Of a DNA stretch of 37,509 nt, positions 26,953 to 35,440 are shown in pieces; the stretch's first letter is position 1; every line of letters begins with the position of its first letter. A program made the translations under genes and the position numbers. Where the stretch lies: IMG/VR virus record IMGVR_UViG_3300048598_000519, positions 1 to 37,509 of that record, one strand, 5' to 3'. The stretch is from a virus. Lineage: Duplodnaviria > Caudoviricetes. Below the pieces are notes generated by a model. The model saw nothing but the letters and a program-made list of their open reading frames with translations, had not been told where the DNA came from and made no database searches.

Positions 26953-26980
26953 AAAAACACCACCCAGATGAGTGGCGTTT
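26953..26980 (-). terminator. Intrinsic terminator after the 205-aa moron
   Basis: AAACGCCACTC-ATCT-GGGTGGTGTTT-TT. Confidence 0.72.
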
Positions 26981-27000
26981 TAAATATTTATTTCTTAAGC

Positions 27001-27618
27001 CTATATTTTTTTTAGCAATTTGCCGGTAGACCAAACAATGAAATCCAACTTCTTATTCGAACTCAGCCGGTTGTTTTTAAACTTATCATCAAACATATCT
27101 ATAGAACTCTTTAGCAGATTATCCTGAATAATCTCCCTATAAGTTTCTATGATAGTGGCATGCTGCCCTATATACCTGCCAATCCTCTTGTCTAAATCTC
27201 CAATACAATCTGTTGGAAAATTAAACACAGTAGCAACCTCGGAATCATAGATTGGGTAATCCGGTTGAATGGTATTCATGAGTTTTGTCGCAAAAGAAAA
27301 CTGTACGCTATTATCTCCTTTTAAACGCTTTATTTGATATAACCGCATTATGATTTCCGTTAGATCATCAACAGTTTGATTTCTGCACTCTTCCATTATT
27401 CTAAAGTACGTGTCTTTAAATTCCTTGCTTAATCCTGCATTGTCGAGTCTATAAAATGAGCGGTATACAAATTGGAATAAGTAATTTTGATCTACCGCCT
27501 GTTTTTTAAATTCGGTTTGTAAAAAGTTATATACATCGATTGATTCATGTTCCAGATTATCAATCACGTTTTTTTCTTTTGTTTTTATGATATCGACGAT
27601 TTCAGCTTTGCTTCGCAT
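27001..27618 (-). CDS. AT-rich moron, putative HhH/OGG-fold DNA glycosylase-like protein
   Basis: SFATKLMNTIQPDYPIYDS and LDFIVWSTGK resemble the HhH-GPD catalytic K...D and terminal LD..W motifs. Confidence 0.5.
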   Translation of the reverse strand: MRSKAEIVDIIKTKEKNVIDNLEHESIDVYNFLQTEFKKQAVDQNYLFQFVYRSFYRLDNAGLSKEFKDTYFRIMEECRNQTVDDLTEIIMRLYQIKRLKGDNSVQFSFATKLMNTIQPDYPIYDSEVATVFNFPTDCIGDLDKRIGRYIGQHATIIETYREIIQDNLLKSSIDMFDDKFKNNRLSSNKKLDFIVWSTGKLLKKI

Positions 27619-27670
27619 TTAGCACCCCGAAATTATTACATAGCTTTAAATAATATATTATCATTTTTAA

Positions 27671-28978
27671 TTAAATAATGGAAAGCTCAACTTTATGCGT
27701 TTTCTCACCGGTGAAATCTTCCCACCGCTTGACAGCCAGATCACAATATATGGGAGAAAGCTCCATCGCAAAACAACAGCGTTCCGTTTGCTCAGCCGCA
27801 ATGATCGTCGTGCCGCTGCCGCTGAAGGGTTCCAGTACAATGTCGCCTTTGTCACTATGCATCTTGATGCAGCGCCAGGGCAGTTCAACCGGAAACATGG
27901 CCGGGTGATCCTTATTGGCGTGCACGGTCGTCATCTCCCAAATTCCTGCATAGCCCCATTTCTTCCGCTCGTCCTTTGTCAGCCTTTTAACAAACCGATA
28001 ACTATGACTGGCAAACGCCGACAACCATATATATTCCTGATCGTTGTATTCTTCTGTCTCGCCATTTTTGGAAAATGCCGATATGTACTCGTATTGCTGA
28101 ACCGGTTTGTTGGAAACCAGATGATACGGCCCTACGCCAAAGTTCATCCCCTGCTTCTTCCAAATGCGTATCCAGATCGGGCGAAAACCGTTGTCCGCAA
28201 ACATATTTACACTGTAAACGCTGGTCGGCTCTATGAACTGACCGCCCGTTGCGTAAAGATCACCAAGGTTCCAGCATATGATGTCTGCGTATTTGCAAAT
28301 ATTTTTAATCACTGGTTTTATGGTATTAAACCATGGTTCGATACCCGCTTTTTCATAATCTTTACCTACTCCATAAGGCGGCGAAGTAACCGCTACTTGT
28401 GCGCGCTTGCCATCCATAAGTTTTTCTAAGTCTTCTGCGTTGGTGCTGTCGCCGCACATCAGGCGGTGAAGCCCTAGTTGCCATATATCCCCACGCTTTG
28501 TTATTGCACCTTCACCTTCGATGCGCTCTTTTTCTTTATCCACATCAAAGTTATCCTGTACAGCTTCTTTGGAATAAAACCGGTTGAGTAATTCATCGAT
28601 CTCCGAAGGTTCAAAACCTGTAAGAGAAACATCAAATGCGCCCGCATCGAGGTCAGCCATAAGCTCTGCCAACTTGGTTTCGTCCCACTCGCCCTGAATT
28701 TTATTTAAGGCAATGTTGAGTGCTTTCTCTTTTTGCTGATCCAGATTGACGACCACACAGTCGATTTCCGTTTGACCTAAGTCAACTAAAACCTTAAGCC
28801 GCTGGTGTCCGCCAACTACATTGCCAGTCTTCCCGTTCCATATAACCGGTTCCACATACCCAAACTCTGTAATGGAGCGTTTAAGCTTTTCATATTCTTT
28901 ATCCCCGGGTTTTAAATCTTTTCTTGGGTTATATGCCGCGGGGTTTAACTGTTCTGCCTTTATTTTCTGTATTTCCAT
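27671..28978 (-). CDS. ParB-like domain + beta-class DNA methyltransferase (SPPY, likely N4C)
   Basis: YNPRK...GGHQR, TSPPY, HPAMFP, LEPFSGSGTT. Confidence 0.9.
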   Translation of the reverse strand: MEIQKIKAEQLNPAAYNPRKDLKPGDKEYEKLKRSITEFGYVEPVIWNGKTGNVVGGHQRLKVLVDLGQTEIDCVVVNLDQQKEKALNIALNKIQGEWDETKLAELMADLDAGAFDVSLTGFEPSEIDELLNRFYSKEAVQDNFDVDKEKERIEGEGAITKRGDIWQLGLHRLMCGDSTNAEDLEKLMDGKRAQVAVTSPPYGVGKDYEKAGIEPWFNTIKPVIKNICKYADIICWNLGDLYATGGQFIEPTSVYSVNMFADNGFRPIWIRIWKKQGMNFGVGPYHLVSNKPVQQYEYISAFSKNGETEEYNDQEYIWLSAFASHSYRFVKRLTKDERKKWGYAGIWEMTTVHANKDHPAMFPVELPWRCIKMHSDKGDIVLEPFSGSGTTIIAAEQTERCCFAMELSPIYCDLAVKRWEDFTGEKTHKVELSII

Positions 28979-28982
28979 ACGT

Positions 28983-29522
28983 TCAACGCTTATCCCTTCG
29001 CTGTGTCAGTAATCTCTCCATAACGTCTGTGTGTGGGGATTGCCCGCCCTGGTAGTCCGAAGAGCAATTTTCTTTCACCACTTGGTAGATCATGAACCAG
29101 ATAGTGTTTGCCTGTTTCAAATAACTCTGTGCCATCGCTACATAAGGGCTTTGCATCGGGTTGCCAGAGGTCGGATGTTTTGATAAAAAGCCATATGTTG
29201 ATATGACCTCTTCACACTGTATGACGCGTGCTACAGCTATGGAGTATTGTTCTAACAATTCCGGATTGATAAGCGCGGCGCATCCGCGTGCAATTAGCCA
29301 CTGCCATATTTTTTCATATACATCCTTTGCTAATAGTTCCTTGCCATCGCGCTGCTGGGCTAACAAATATTCGCGCGGTTTGGGCATCGTCACTCCCTCC
29401 ATGACTGCCGGCTCAGGCAGTTTTAGTATGGTTACCTTACGGTCCCCTTCCAAGATTTTATCTGACAGGGCTTTCTTTTTCTTCCCTGAACCAACCCTGG
29501 CCCCTCCATGCCCGTTTGCCAT
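28983..29522 (-). CDS. terS: Terminase small subunit (P27 family)
   Basis: HGGARVGSGKK, YGFLSKHPTSGNPMQSPYV; follows HNH/cos. Confidence 0.82.
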   Translation of the reverse strand: MANGHGGARVGSGKKKKALSDKILEGDRKVTILKLPEPAVMEGVTMPKPREYLLAQQRDGKELLAKDVYEKIWQWLIARGCAALINPELLEQYSIAVARVIQCEEVISTYGFLSKHPTSGNPMQSPYVAMAQSYLKQANTIWFMIYQVVKENCSSDYQGGQSPHTDVMERLLTQRRDKR

Positions 29523-29539
29523 TTTTTATCTCCTCTATC

Positions 29540-29680
29540 CTTGAAATACACTTTTTTACCATAAAAACTTGAAATCAACTTGAAATAAAGGCTGTTTCGT
29601 GCAAAATATATTTTACAAAAACACCGCTATTTCAATGCATATTGGCATCTTGAAATTAGGCCTATATACCCTCTTGAAAT
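29540..29680 (+). repeat. Five direct copies of CTTGAAAT
   Basis: Copies at 29540, 29568, 29579, 29649 and 29673, plus an inverted ATTTCAA at 29629. Confidence 0.75.
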
Positions 29681-29752
29681 CTGCTTATTTCGCGCGTGAC
29701 CTGCGCACCGTTAAATTTTGGTAAAGTTGTAGATCTTAATGATGCCCTACCC
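29660..29752 (-). other. Putative cos (packaging initiation) region
   Basis: Non-coding GC-richer block (GGGTAGGGC...AACGGTGCGCAGGTCACGCGCG...GGGTATATAG) between HNH and terS, where cos lies in HK97-like phages. Confidence 0.45.
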
Positions 29753-29774
29753 ATCCGTTTTATTACTAAATGCT

Positions 29775-30893
29775 TTAAGAAATTATTTGTTTTTTGTAAT
29801 TATCAAGATAATCAGTCCATCGCCCTTCATCTTGCTGGTTTTTAGTTTCCCAATCAATAATGAAACCCTCTGTTGAATCCTGTTTCAATGAATTACATAT
29901 TCTATGCGCAAGCTGGCAATTAGTCGCTTCATGCGTTCCGCCTTGTGATAGAGGGATAATATGATCGATCGTTGCTGCCCAAATATTAAAAGGATCTTTA
30001 TCATATGGAACAGGCATACCGCAGATACCGCATATTCCTTTATCGCGTCTAAAAATCTTTTTAAAATAAACCGGTTCCTTATATGCCAAACGCATTTGCT
30101 CTTTTCGTCGCTGCTTATACCCACGGTTAACATATTTTTCCTGACATTCAATTGAACAGAAAGAACTAAACGGCTTACCACATTCAGTTACTACACTGGT
30201 TCCGCATTCTTTACATTTAAAGTTTATGGGAACAAATTCTTCTGCCCATTTGTTGCGTTTATCTCTTAGACTTCCACAATATGAACATTGCTTTGAACAA
30301 TATTTTTTATATGAGTAGGTAGTAATAAATGATTTTCCGCACCATAAGCACAGTTTTTGAAGCTTTTTTTTAGCTGCCCTTTCTTCAAGTATTGCAGCCG
30401 GTATACGATTCGCAGCATATGCACATGCTGTAGAACAATATTTCATCCGGTAGGCATTTTCTTTTGAGAAAATTTTTCCGCAATACCGGCAGGTGTAGTA
30501 TTTTTTCTGTGTTTCGTGTCCTTGTTTGCGTCCACATTCTTGCGAGCAAGTTTTTTGATTCTTTTTCTTTGTAGTAAAAACAATACCGCACTGTACGCAT
30601 TTTTTCTCGTATACAGGGCGACTTTCATCATTCGCCAGTTTTTTGCATTGATCTGAGCAATACTTCGTTTTCCTGCTGTAGCTTTCAAATAATTTATTAC
30701 AATGCTTGCATCTTAAACTTTTTAGCTCTTTTGGATGTTCTAATTGATACTTTTTTCGCTCGTATATATATTTGCATTCTTTAGAGCAAAACTTAGCCGG
30801 ACGGCCGGTTCCCTTCCTAAGAAAGCTTTTACCACATTTTTGGCAAATAAGCATTTCTACCTTTAACGAAACTCTTTTCCCGCCTCGACCCAT
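29775..30893 (-). CDS. HNH endonuclease with six tandem C4 zinc-finger repeats
   Basis: Six CxxC...CSxxC units, then RDKGICGICG...IDHIIPLSQGGTH...AHRICN. ATG 30893 after GGAGG. Confidence 0.85.
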   Translation of the reverse strand: MGRGGKRVSLKVEMLICQKCGKSFLRKGTGRPAKFCSKECKYIYERKKYQLEHPKELKSLRCKHCNKLFESYSRKTKYCSDQCKKLANDESRPVYEKKCVQCGIVFTTKKKNQKTCSQECGRKQGHETQKKYYTCRYCGKIFSKENAYRMKYCSTACAYAANRIPAAILEERAAKKKLQKLCLWCGKSFITTYSYKKYCSKQCSYCGSLRDKRNKWAEEFVPINFKCKECGTSVVTECGKPFSSFCSIECQEKYVNRGYKQRRKEQMRLAYKEPVYFKKIFRRDKGICGICGMPVPYDKDPFNIWAATIDHIIPLSQGGTHEATNCQLAHRICNSLKQDSTEGFIIDWETKNQQDEGRWTDYLDNYKKQIIS

Positions 30894-30907
30894 GCTATCC
30901 TCCAAAT

Positions 30908-30935
30908 AAAAAAAGCAAAGACTTTCATCCTCGCT
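30908..30935 (-). terminator. Terminator directly upstream of the zinc-finger HNH SD
   Basis: AGCGAGGAT-GAAA-GTCTTTGCT-TTTTTT. Confidence 0.65.
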
Positions 30936-31029
30936 CCAACAATGTTTTGTTTTTTCATACCATCCGCTTTTGTTGGCGGTTTCTGGATATCAGAAAATAC
31001 TCAAAAGAGGTTCGCCCTACAATTTGGGT

Positions 31030-31398
31030 CTAACCTCTTTTTCTATCGTGCCAGCGGTCTCCCGTCTCAACTGAGATACGTGAATGGCAGCTTTTACATA
31101 AACTCATGAGGTTCCTCATATCGTGTGTACCACCTTTTGAAAGCGGAATTTTATGATGAACCTCTTCCGTTTTCGTAAACTTGCCACCCTTCAGGCACTG
31201 TTCGCAAAACGGATGTTCGTTAATATACACGGTGCGGACCAGCTCCCAACTGCGTCCGTAATACTTTTTGGTCGTCTTGTCCCGCTGGTACAGGTTGTAT
31301 GCCTGATCTATGGACCGCCTGTGCTTCGGGCAGTACCGCTCATAGGTCAGTTCCGGACAGCCCGGATAACTGCACGGGTGTCTTGGTTTAATAGGCAT
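31030..31398 (-). CDS. Packaging-associated HNH endonuclease (HK97 gp74-like)
   Basis: CSYPGC...YCPKH, PFCEQC, VHHKIPLSKGGTH..NLMSLCKSCH. Confidence 0.9.
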   Translation of the reverse strand: MPIKPRHPCSYPGCPELTYERYCPKHRRSIDQAYNLYQRDKTTKKYYGRSWELVRTVYINEHPFCEQCLKGGKFTKTEEVHHKIPLSKGGTHDMRNLMSLCKSCHSRISVETGDRWHDRKRG

Positions 31399-31426
31399 TT
31401 ATCTTCACCTCAGATACTTTCCAAAC

Positions 31427-31465
31427 AAAAAAGCCCACGCAGGTTTTCGCCCTGCGAAGGCTTTT
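31427..31465 (-). terminator. Terminator-like hairpin at the start of the late region
   Basis: AAAAGCC-TT-CGCAGG-GCGAAAA-CCTGCG-TG-GGCTTTTTT. Confidence 0.7.
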
Positions 31466-31521
31466 AAAAAGTTTTCGTTATTCTAATACTATCATCTTTT
31501 GAGAATGTCATGCAATGCTTT

Positions 31522-31941
31522 TTAATGCCCTAAATCATAAATGATCTGCACTTCTTCCAATGCCCTGCGGTGCAGCTTATGGATATACCGTAAATCATAA
31601 TCCATTTCCGCCGCGATCTGCTCCCACGTCTTATAGCAAAAGTAACGCAGTTCCAGTAAAATCTGATACTCTGGCCTTCTGACGATTTTTATGATCATGA
31701 CGATATCGCGTTTCAAATCCACCAGTGCATCGATATCATTATTGATTTGTGTCTCAAGGTCGATCAGCTTTGCGATCAAACCATCCATTGAGTGAACATT
31801 ACGGCTCGCGTTTTTTGGCATGTCTGTTAAGGTAGAAGTCGCCTTGGCAGCCAGTTCGCGCAGGGACGCTGCCTGTTCCAGTTTGCTGTTTATGCGCTGG
31901 TCGATCCTGTAGGCTTGTCCAAGATATTCTTTAGCGTCCAC
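31522..31941 (-). CDS. Late transcriptional activator (ArpU/RinA/DUF1492-like)
   Basis: AKEYLGQAYRIDQRI...LELRY...WEQIAAEM...LHRRAL (sigma4-like HTH); GTG 31941 after GGAGG. Confidence 0.8.
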   Translation of the reverse strand: MDAKEYLGQAYRIDQRINSKLEQAASLRELAAKATSTLTDMPKNASRNVHSMDGLIAKLIDLETQINNDIDALVDLKRDIVMIIKIVRRPEYQILLELRYFCYKTWEQIAAEMDYDLRYIHKLHRRALEEVQIIYDLGH

Positions 31942-32167
31942 CCGTGATACCTCCTTTGAGCCAGGGCATCTTCCCCCGATAGTATGTTTGGGCAATATAG
32001 CGCTGCAAAGTTGTATCCAGTTTAGCCAGGCGGCCGAATGCTTTCCGGTGTAACTTTTTAAAATCTTTATTGGACTTGTAAAAAGGGCATTGTGGCCCGA
32101 GGCATTCTTCCGTCTGCAGAATCTTGCATACCTTTTCCTTGTGATGTGCAAAACAGATATTATTCAT
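31931..32167 (-). CDS. Cys-rich hypothetical phage protein
   Basis: CFA...CKIL...C..CPFYK; GGAGG SD. Confidence 0.65.
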   Translation of the reverse strand: MNNICFAHHKEKVCKILQTEECLGPQCPFYKSNKDFKKLHRKAFGRLAKLDTTLQRYIAQTYYRGKMPWLKGGITGGR

Positions 32168-32183
32168 TTTTAACCTCCATTGG

Positions 32184-32459
32184 CTAATTTCTTAAAATCG
32201 ATTTAACTTCCTGAACACTCGTAACCTTGAAGGCTTTTCCTTTTGCGTCTTTAATTCTTTGCATCGTTGCTTCCTGTAACTTTGTAAGTTTTCCATTCTC
32301 TGCTTTTACTTCAAGAGCCACAAACCGGCCCCGAATGCAGCAGATGATATCCGGCAAACCCGCAGTACCGTACATGCCGCCGTGCTCTTTCCAGAAGAAA
32401 CATTCCGGTACAGTCTTTAAATACTTTAAAATGGCAGTTGTAATTGTTTTTTCATTCAT
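32184..32459 (-). CDS. VRR-NUC domain nuclease
   Basis: GLPDI...FVALEVK...KLQ PD-(D/E)XK motif. Confidence 0.9.
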   Translation of the reverse strand: MNEKTITTAILKYLKTVPECFFWKEHGGMYGTAGLPDIICCIRGRFVALEVKAENGKLTKLQEATMQRIKDAKGKAFKVTSVQEVKSILRN

Positions 32460-32472
32460 CTTTTTACCTCTT

Positions 32473-32761
32473 CATACTCAGTCATCCTATAGGGACGCGC
32501 TGTTGGCTAAGTATGAAGAAAACCCCGATATCTCGGCTTTTTTCTCATACACCCCCATAGATTCACTGACTAACTATGGACTATACAAAAGTAAAAAATA
32601 TATATTAAAAATATTATATATATATTTTATATAAATTTTGGTTTTAAGGTGTATCTCATAGTTAGTCAACGTTTTTATGGGTGAGTATGAGAGAACCCTT
32701 GCAAACAGGCGCTTTTACCATAGTTAGTCAACGCCAACGCCCTATAGGATGACTGAGTATG
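32473..32761. repeat. About 290-bp imperfect palindrome with AT-rich core: putative replication origin
   Basis: Perfect 22-bp IR at 32473-32494/32740-32761, repeated TGACTRASTATG-like units, AT-rich centre at about 32587-32639. Confidence 0.7.
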
Positions 32762-32770
32762 TGCTTATCG

Positions 32771-34570
32771 TTATTGTTCAATATTTTCATCCAGCAACGT
32801 TGCCTGTGGCAGGAACCATACGGTTTTCCCGCAGCGTCCAAAGCCGATACGCTGTGTTTTCACGTTCAGTTCAAACTTTGCCCTTTCAAGCGTTTTCTGC
32901 GAAATACCAGACTCTTCCGCTTTCTTTTTGATCTCCTGCATCGATACCTGTTTTCCGTTACCGAGCATTGACTCTAAAAGCTCAGCAGCCTTGTCGACTT
33001 TCTTCTCACTTTTTTCTACGGACTTCGCGCCCAGCATCGCTTCCGGCAGCAAAGCCGTTGTTCCTTTCCAGCAGAAACCATACTCCGGATGGATTTCGAA
33101 TGCGATGCCTTCACCCTTTTTGGAGAGACTGTTTTTAATCTGCAGGATCGCCCTGTCTTCCGGATTGTTGGGGTTGCTCCCAACAAGCAACACACTCCTG
33201 GCAGCAGCGGGAATATCGATGGAACCCAGCCCCCGATACAAGGCGTTGTTCTGGTTTGATTTTGTAAGATGCATGACCAGTATGATCGCGCAGCCGTGTC
33301 TTGAAGCCATGTGCCCGATCTGTTTTAATACCGGACGTACTTCATTGGCGCGGTGCATATCGACCTCGGCACCAAGATACGCCTGCAACGGATCAATGAT
33401 CAAAAGCGCAGGTTTATGCTTGACGACTGCCGCTTCTATACGCTCATCCAACAGCGTCAGACTCTGTTTGCTTTCATCGATCACGAAAATATGACTGCAG
33501 TCAGCCTGCGCTTTCAATAACCTGGGCTTGATCGTATCGGCAAGCCCATCTTCCGCTGTCTGGTAGATCACGTTCTGTGTCGTCAGGCAGTCAAACCCTT
33601 TATTGTTCGGAAAACTGCCTCCAGCCGTTACGATCGCTGCGACTGCCAGCACGAACGATGTCTTTCCCTCACCTGGATTGCCCTGTACAAGTGTCACCTT
33701 TCCGGACGGTATATACGGCTCCCAAAGCCACTGGACGCTTTCAACTTCTATATCGCTCAGGCAAAGCGTATCCACCTCAACAGCAGGTGCAGCCTCCCAC
33801 TCAGGAGTTTCGCTCACCAACTGCAGAATATTTTCTTTTGCTTCAGATCCCACAGCAGAAATGTAATCGGAAACATCGCCTTTATTAGTCAGTGTGGGCA
33901 TCAACTTTCTTAAGTTTAATATCCGGACACTTTTCGCCTTGCCTTTCAGGCTCGCAGCAACCACTTTGGCGTGATTGGTGCCGGCTTCGTCGCAGTCCGG
34001 GATAATCACCACGTCGGCACCTTTTAAGCATTCGCTGTAGGATTCCTTCCACTTTGCGGCCCCCATGGGGTTGGTCGTCGATACGAAGCCGAGCTTATGC
34101 AGGTTATCCGTGTCTTTTTCCCCTTCCACAATAAATATGGTTTTCTGTTCCTTTACCGCCAGCAGCACTTCCGGCAGCTGGTACAGCACCGTCTGGATAT
34201 CTTTTAAGTTATATACCCATCCGCCCTGTCCGTCCGGCCGTGCCTGGCTGAAACCCTTTGGCTCGTAGCGTATGGTTTTATGCACGACTTTACCGCTGGC
34301 ATCTGTGTATAGATATTCCGCCGCTATCTTTTTCTGCGGTTCTTTTTTCTCCGGGTACAGATCCGCCTGCGTCAGGTTTACCCTGGCAAGTATATTCTCC
34401 AGAATGCACCCGGCGTGGCAATGGATCAATGCTTTCCCATCCATGGCTTCCATAATGACCAGAGAATTCTTTTTATCGTCGTGGGCCGGACACCGCGCGG
34501 AATACTGGTGTTTTGTATAATCAACTACCTTTATGTTTTCAAAACGCGCAAGCACTTCTTTGAATTTCAA
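32771..34570 (-). CDS. Primase-helicase (zinc finger + Toprim + AAA_25/RepA-like ATPase)
   Basis: CPAHDD...CHAGC, VEGEKD, PDCD, GNPGEGKT, LLIIDP, GSID; TTG start after AGGAGG. Confidence 0.85.
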   Translation of the reverse strand: MKFKEVLARFENIKVVDYTKHQYSARCPAHDDKKNSLVIMEAMDGKALIHCHAGCILENILARVNLTQADLYPEKKEPQKKIAAEYLYTDASGKVVHKTIRYEPKGFSQARPDGQGGWVYNLKDIQTVLYQLPEVLLAVKEQKTIFIVEGEKDTDNLHKLGFVSTTNPMGAAKWKESYSECLKGADVVIIPDCDEAGTNHAKVVAASLKGKAKSVRILNLRKLMPTLTNKGDVSDYISAVGSEAKENILQLVSETPEWEAAPAVEVDTLCLSDIEVESVQWLWEPYIPSGKVTLVQGNPGEGKTSFVLAVAAIVTAGGSFPNNKGFDCLTTQNVIYQTAEDGLADTIKPRLLKAQADCSHIFVIDESKQSLTLLDERIEAAVVKHKPALLIIDPLQAYLGAEVDMHRANEVRPVLKQIGHMASRHGCAIILVMHLTKSNQNNALYRGLGSIDIPAAARSVLLVGSNPNNPEDRAILQIKNSLSKKGEGIAFEIHPEYGFCWKGTTALLPEAMLGAKSVEKSEKKVDKAAELLESMLGNGKQVSMQEIKKKAEESGISQKTLERAKFELNVKTQRIGFGRCGKTVWFLPQATLLDENIEQ

Positions 34571-34606
34571 AAGTCCGCCTCCTTTGTCTAAAAATTGAGT
34601 AAATTT

Positions 34607-34646
34607 AAGAAACCGCCGCTTTGCGCTTATTCAAAGCGGCAGTTCT
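34607..34646 (-). terminator. Hairpin/terminator between replication genes
   Basis: AACTGCCGCTTTG-AATAAGCG-CAAAGCGGCGGTT followed by a weak U tract. Confidence 0.55.
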
Positions 34647-34662
34647 CTATGAACTTTTTTAA

Positions 34663-35415
34663 TTAAAAGATGGACTCGATGATTTCTCCGGTTTCCGGAT
34701 CGACTGCCTGCAGGTCTTCATGCACGGCGGTATCATACGCGATACCGATCTGTTTGCTGCGTTTCTTCACCTCTTCACTTAAAGATGAAATGAGTGCGTA
34801 TTCCTCCGGGTCAAGCGCTCGCTCCGCCGCAAATATGGCTTGCGAAAATGCGATGCCGCCGGCATTAATTGCCTTTTTTAGTCCGAAACGCGTCACAACC
34901 GCGTTGGACGTAATCCCTTTGGAAAGGAGCCTTTTAATATACCGGGTGAATTCCTTCAAGGAACCTGTTGGCAGGGCTAACACCAATGGGAATATCTCTC
35001 CTTCGCGAAGCACATAGATTCTCCGACGGTTTTTACACGCCTTGCTGCTGTTCTCGCCGCTGCCGAACTGGTTGTAAGGGCAATCCAAACAATTGCCGCC
35101 TGGGTTGCCTTCACCTTTAATTCCATCGTAGCTCCCGCAATCTGGCGGATTGCTGCCGCCTGTATACCGATCCCTGTAAAACGCGTGCACCGGATGATGG
35201 TAGAGTATGACGGCGCTGAACTCTTTAACCGCGTCGGGTTCGTTCGGATCGTCGCCCGGCATTTCAAATACCGTGCTGCCGCCCGAGGGGATTTTGATCC
35301 TCTCAAACCCTCCGCCGAGTCCCGCCAGTTCTTCATGGATCGAATCGCTGTCCTGAAAATCCTTTAATTCCATAAATCCGCTTTTTGTAATAGTAAGTCC
35401 TGTTTCGTTTTTCAT
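34663..35415 (-). CDS. Conserved phage replication protein, possibly ssDNA-binding/annealing
   Basis: RIKIPSGG, PPDCGSYDG, CLDCPYNQFGS, ACKNRRR, acidic DPETGEI tail; ATG 35415 after GGAGG. Confidence 0.55.
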   Translation of the reverse strand: MKNETGLTITKSGFMELKDFQDSDSIHEELAGLGGGFERIKIPSGGSTVFEMPGDDPNEPDAVKEFSAVILYHHPVHAFYRDRYTGGSNPPDCGSYDGIKGEGNPGGNCLDCPYNQFGSGENSSKACKNRRRIYVLREGEIFPLVLALPTGSLKEFTRYIKRLLSKGITSNAVVTRFGLKKAINAGGIAFSQAIFAAERALDPEEYALISSLSEEVKKRSKQIGIAYDTAVHEDLQAVDPETGEIIESIF

Positions 35416-35440
35416 ATTGAATACCTCCAAAAATATATTT

